Source: the human T2T-CHM13v2.0 reference genome, Homo sapiens
Direction: 5' to 3' (one strand)
Assembly: GCF_009914755.1 (NCBI RefSeq)
Contig: NC_060937.1
DNA length: 64,000 nt
In this document: piece by piece, positions 61,119 through 64,000 of the stretch
How the letters are laid out: the number at the start of each line of letters is the position of its first letter
How positions within the stretch are numbered: position 1 is the stretch's first letter
Program-made: the position numbers and the translations under genes
The notes under the pieces: model-generated
Told to the model about the DNA's origin: nothing
Databases searched by the model: none
The model's input: the letters and a program-made list of their open reading frames with translations, nothing else

Positions 61119-61681
61119 TGTAGGAGGTCTACCATGCACTGGTCACCAAATTGTGTGAGCTTAGTGAAATAGAAAATACTCATACACAAGTTACATGAAG
61201 TGGATTTATTATTCATGGATAGACAGAAAGGGGAAAGGGAAAAACACCCTAGAATCCAGTGAGAACTGGTCCCCCAAGACTCAAGAAAGCCTTCCAGGAG
61301 AGAAGAAGTCCTGACTGCCCATGCTCCACTTTGCACACCACAACTGAAGAACTCTGAAAGGCAGTCCATACCAAGTTATATACATCATGTGACAGGAGTC
61401 ATGTCACATGCTGGGCAAAGCTTTGATGGACATTCTGCTTCCAGGGAAAAGAGGAACAAAGCCCAGGCTTTCCTGAACTTTTTCCTCCTAACTCAAGATA
61501 TTACATTCCCTAAGAGGGTCAAGAACAGTTCTGCACTATTTCTGATAGCTCTTCCTTAAGATATTGCATTCCCAGGGTACTCCATATTTATTCCTGGAAA
61601 AACAAAACAAAACAAAACAAAAAACAGCAAGAAAAGGAGGGAACTGCACCAGTCTAAGGCCACCTGGAAAACTGTCTTGTA
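61119..61681 (-). mobile_element. MER54-like ERVL solo LTR
   Basis: tgcactggtcaccaa...caagttacatgaagtggatttatta...ctaaggccacctggaaaactgtcttgta. Confidence 0.75.
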
Positions 61682-62944
61682 ATAGTATATTTTTGGGTTT
61701 AGGTATATAATTAATTCATTTTTTCCTTGCTGTTAAGATTATTTTAAGGTTTATCTAGTAATCTTAAAGCTAAGATGTTGTTCCTCATTTGAGGCTAACA
61801 TTGTGTAATTTCTGTTGTCAAAGGCATACACATTATTTTTCAGGTTTCTAACAAAAATCTATTGTCATTTTTGAATCATATTGAAAGAATATAATGTTTA
61901 TTACAAAAGCCTTGGAAGAATTCTTTTTTTAAAATAAACTCAATTCTTTTGTTGCATGAATAGTCATGTACAAAGCCTATACCATAACAAGCTTTAACAC
62001 ATTCATCTTAATTAAGGAAACTATGGAAAATTCTGCTCACAGTCCTTTGTGTTCGAGTTAGGAGTGAGACAGCATTATCAGACATTTACTTATGGGAACA
62101 TAATGACTCTTCAGGCTTAGTAAGATAATGGAGAAAACTACACTTAAGTTTCAAGATCACTGTACTACAGACTAGCTATATGACTTTCTGCAAGGCATTC
62201 ACAATTTGTGCCCTACATTCTATACACGAAATGATGGATAAACTGTATATGAAACTTGGTAAGTAATGCCTGAATATGATTTTCTTATTTTTATAAAGAA
62301 TATAAATAAAGAGCTCTCTTCTTCACTACTTAATATTATAGGAGAATAAAAGTCTACAAACTTTATGTAATACCTGCTGTGTACCAAGCAATGAATATGC
62401 TGATATTTCACATTTGTTAAAAGTTAAATTCCAAGTCTATCCTAAATTTGCTAAAAAAACCCTGAATGTGATGCTTTTGTTTGAGAAAGTTGCATTCCCA
62501 AACAACGATGTACACATTTATGAGGTTTTCAATAAGGTTTTTCTTTCATTCTGCCTTTGGCAAACTAAGGACAAAAAAAAAACAAAACAATGTGCATGCA
62601 CGTAAACATACAATTAAATATGTGCAGTTTTAAGAGCTGTGATTTGTTTTATAATTTATATGTTCTTATAATATAATACAGATTATTATAATGGCATAGA
62701 CTTCTCAGCTATGCTGATATTGAATGGTTTGTTGTTACCCTTATTTTGAATATTCCCACAGAGGAAAATAAAAGGTTGATAATAAATAAATATATTTTAG
62801 TTGTCTTCTACCTTTTCTTCCTTGATTCATTCATTATTACACTTATTTATTTAGAACCCATCACAGTTCCACATGACTGGATAAAGCAGTGAACAACAAC
62901 AAAACAGTTTTCATGAAGCTAACATTCTAATATGATACTAAGTT

Positions 62945-63650
62945 CAAGTAATGCTAGTTCCTGTAATGGATAAATCCAAAATGGGTTAAACAAATGAAAG
63001 TTTATTTCTTGTTTATGTCACCATACAATGAACTTAACACCTAGATGGCCGATGAAGAAAGAGAACATGAGAAACCACAGCAGTCTCTTAGCTGCTTCGG
63101 GTAGAAAAGGGAAAATCACTTTTTCTTACATCCAGCGATGAGAACAAGTTTCAGAGCACCACTTAGGACTACGGGGAAATGTCACTTCTGACTTCACAAC
63201 TGCTTCTACGCAAAATTACACCCTGTAGAGAGAAATACAGACTCATATCGTCAGCTAACTGTTATTACAACCGTCCCCCATGTCAAGGAACAAATACCTC
63301 TTTCACTTTTCTTCTCATATAACATCGTGTCCTCTCCCCAAAGATGACAACTCAAATCTTCTCTAATAACTGTATCCAATTTAAAGTCCAGGTCATGAAG
63401 AGTCATCTCCACAAGATCTGGATGTGGTTCTCTCAAGGAGGCAAACTGTAAGCTAAAACAGATAAATGTCTGCCCCTCCAACTCTGAATCTATAGGAGTA
63501 GAGCCGGGAAAATTAACCGTGGTTAAAACTAACGCAAGCAGGAGCAACATGACACTTGAAGAAAGAATCGGGGCCACGCAACACTTAGTACTTCATAACA
63601 ACGATGCAGTCAGTTGCATGACATTGCGAAGATGACAGTTCTCCTATTTA
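62945..63650 (-). mobile_element. Ancient MLT1-type LTR plus adjacent internal fragment
   Basis: tgggttaaacaaatgaaagtttatttcttg (MLT1 LTR-like); agatctggatgtggttctct..taagctaaaacagataa (MLT1-int-like). Confidence 0.45.
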
Positions 63651-64000
63651 GGCTAGATACTATTTTTTATTTTTGGTAGAAACTCCCTTATCCCCTTTAC
63701 CTCGATATTCTTTGTTCTGCTATGCAGACAAGAGACAATTCTCCTTTGTGCTTTATTCTCCTTGGCAACATCTGAAGTCGAAGTAGGAACGTGTGCCTTT
63801 AGGAGGTGATGTAAACGTTTGCAGTCAGCTTTTAGCCTTTGCAAGTTTAATACTAGAGAGCTGTTTTATTCATGCTCAAAAATCAAAGGTTTATTTTTTA
63901 CTAGGAAAAAAAGAGATAACTAGCATTCCACTTTCCAACATATTTCCTTAGACGTATGGCTTCAGAGAGTACATACTCAGCCTTAAATGTTGTGTCAGAA

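Overview
This is primate (most likely human) AT-rich genomic DNA with no supportable protein-coding or RNA gene. Roughly half of it is recognisable transposon sequence. That includes 14 Alu-family SINEs (AluJ to very young AluY), several L1/HAL1 fragments (two multi-kb, minus strand), L2/MIR relics and one Tigger. About 14 LTR elements are present: three THE1 MaLR proviruses and solo LTRs of LTR17/HERV-W, LTR30-, MER52A-, MER66-, MER67-, MER54-, MLT2-, MST- and MLT1-type. Every ORF in the track is a TE remnant or a chance frame. Family names are from memory of consensus sequences and need Dfam/RepeatMasker confirmation. The strongest unexplained structures are five. (1) A perfect 66-bp inverted repeat inside an old L1 5' region, with template-switch geometry. 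(2) A three-level nest, LTR17 inside LTR30 inside AluSc, with both LTR TSDs perfect and the Alu TSD nearly so. (3) An ancient ~200-bp direct duplication in apparently non-repeat DNA at 36.4/38.1 kb. (4) A CpG-retaining patch in the last kb. (5) Two young tandem duplications that straddle TE boundaries. I found no evidence for a new multi-gene system.
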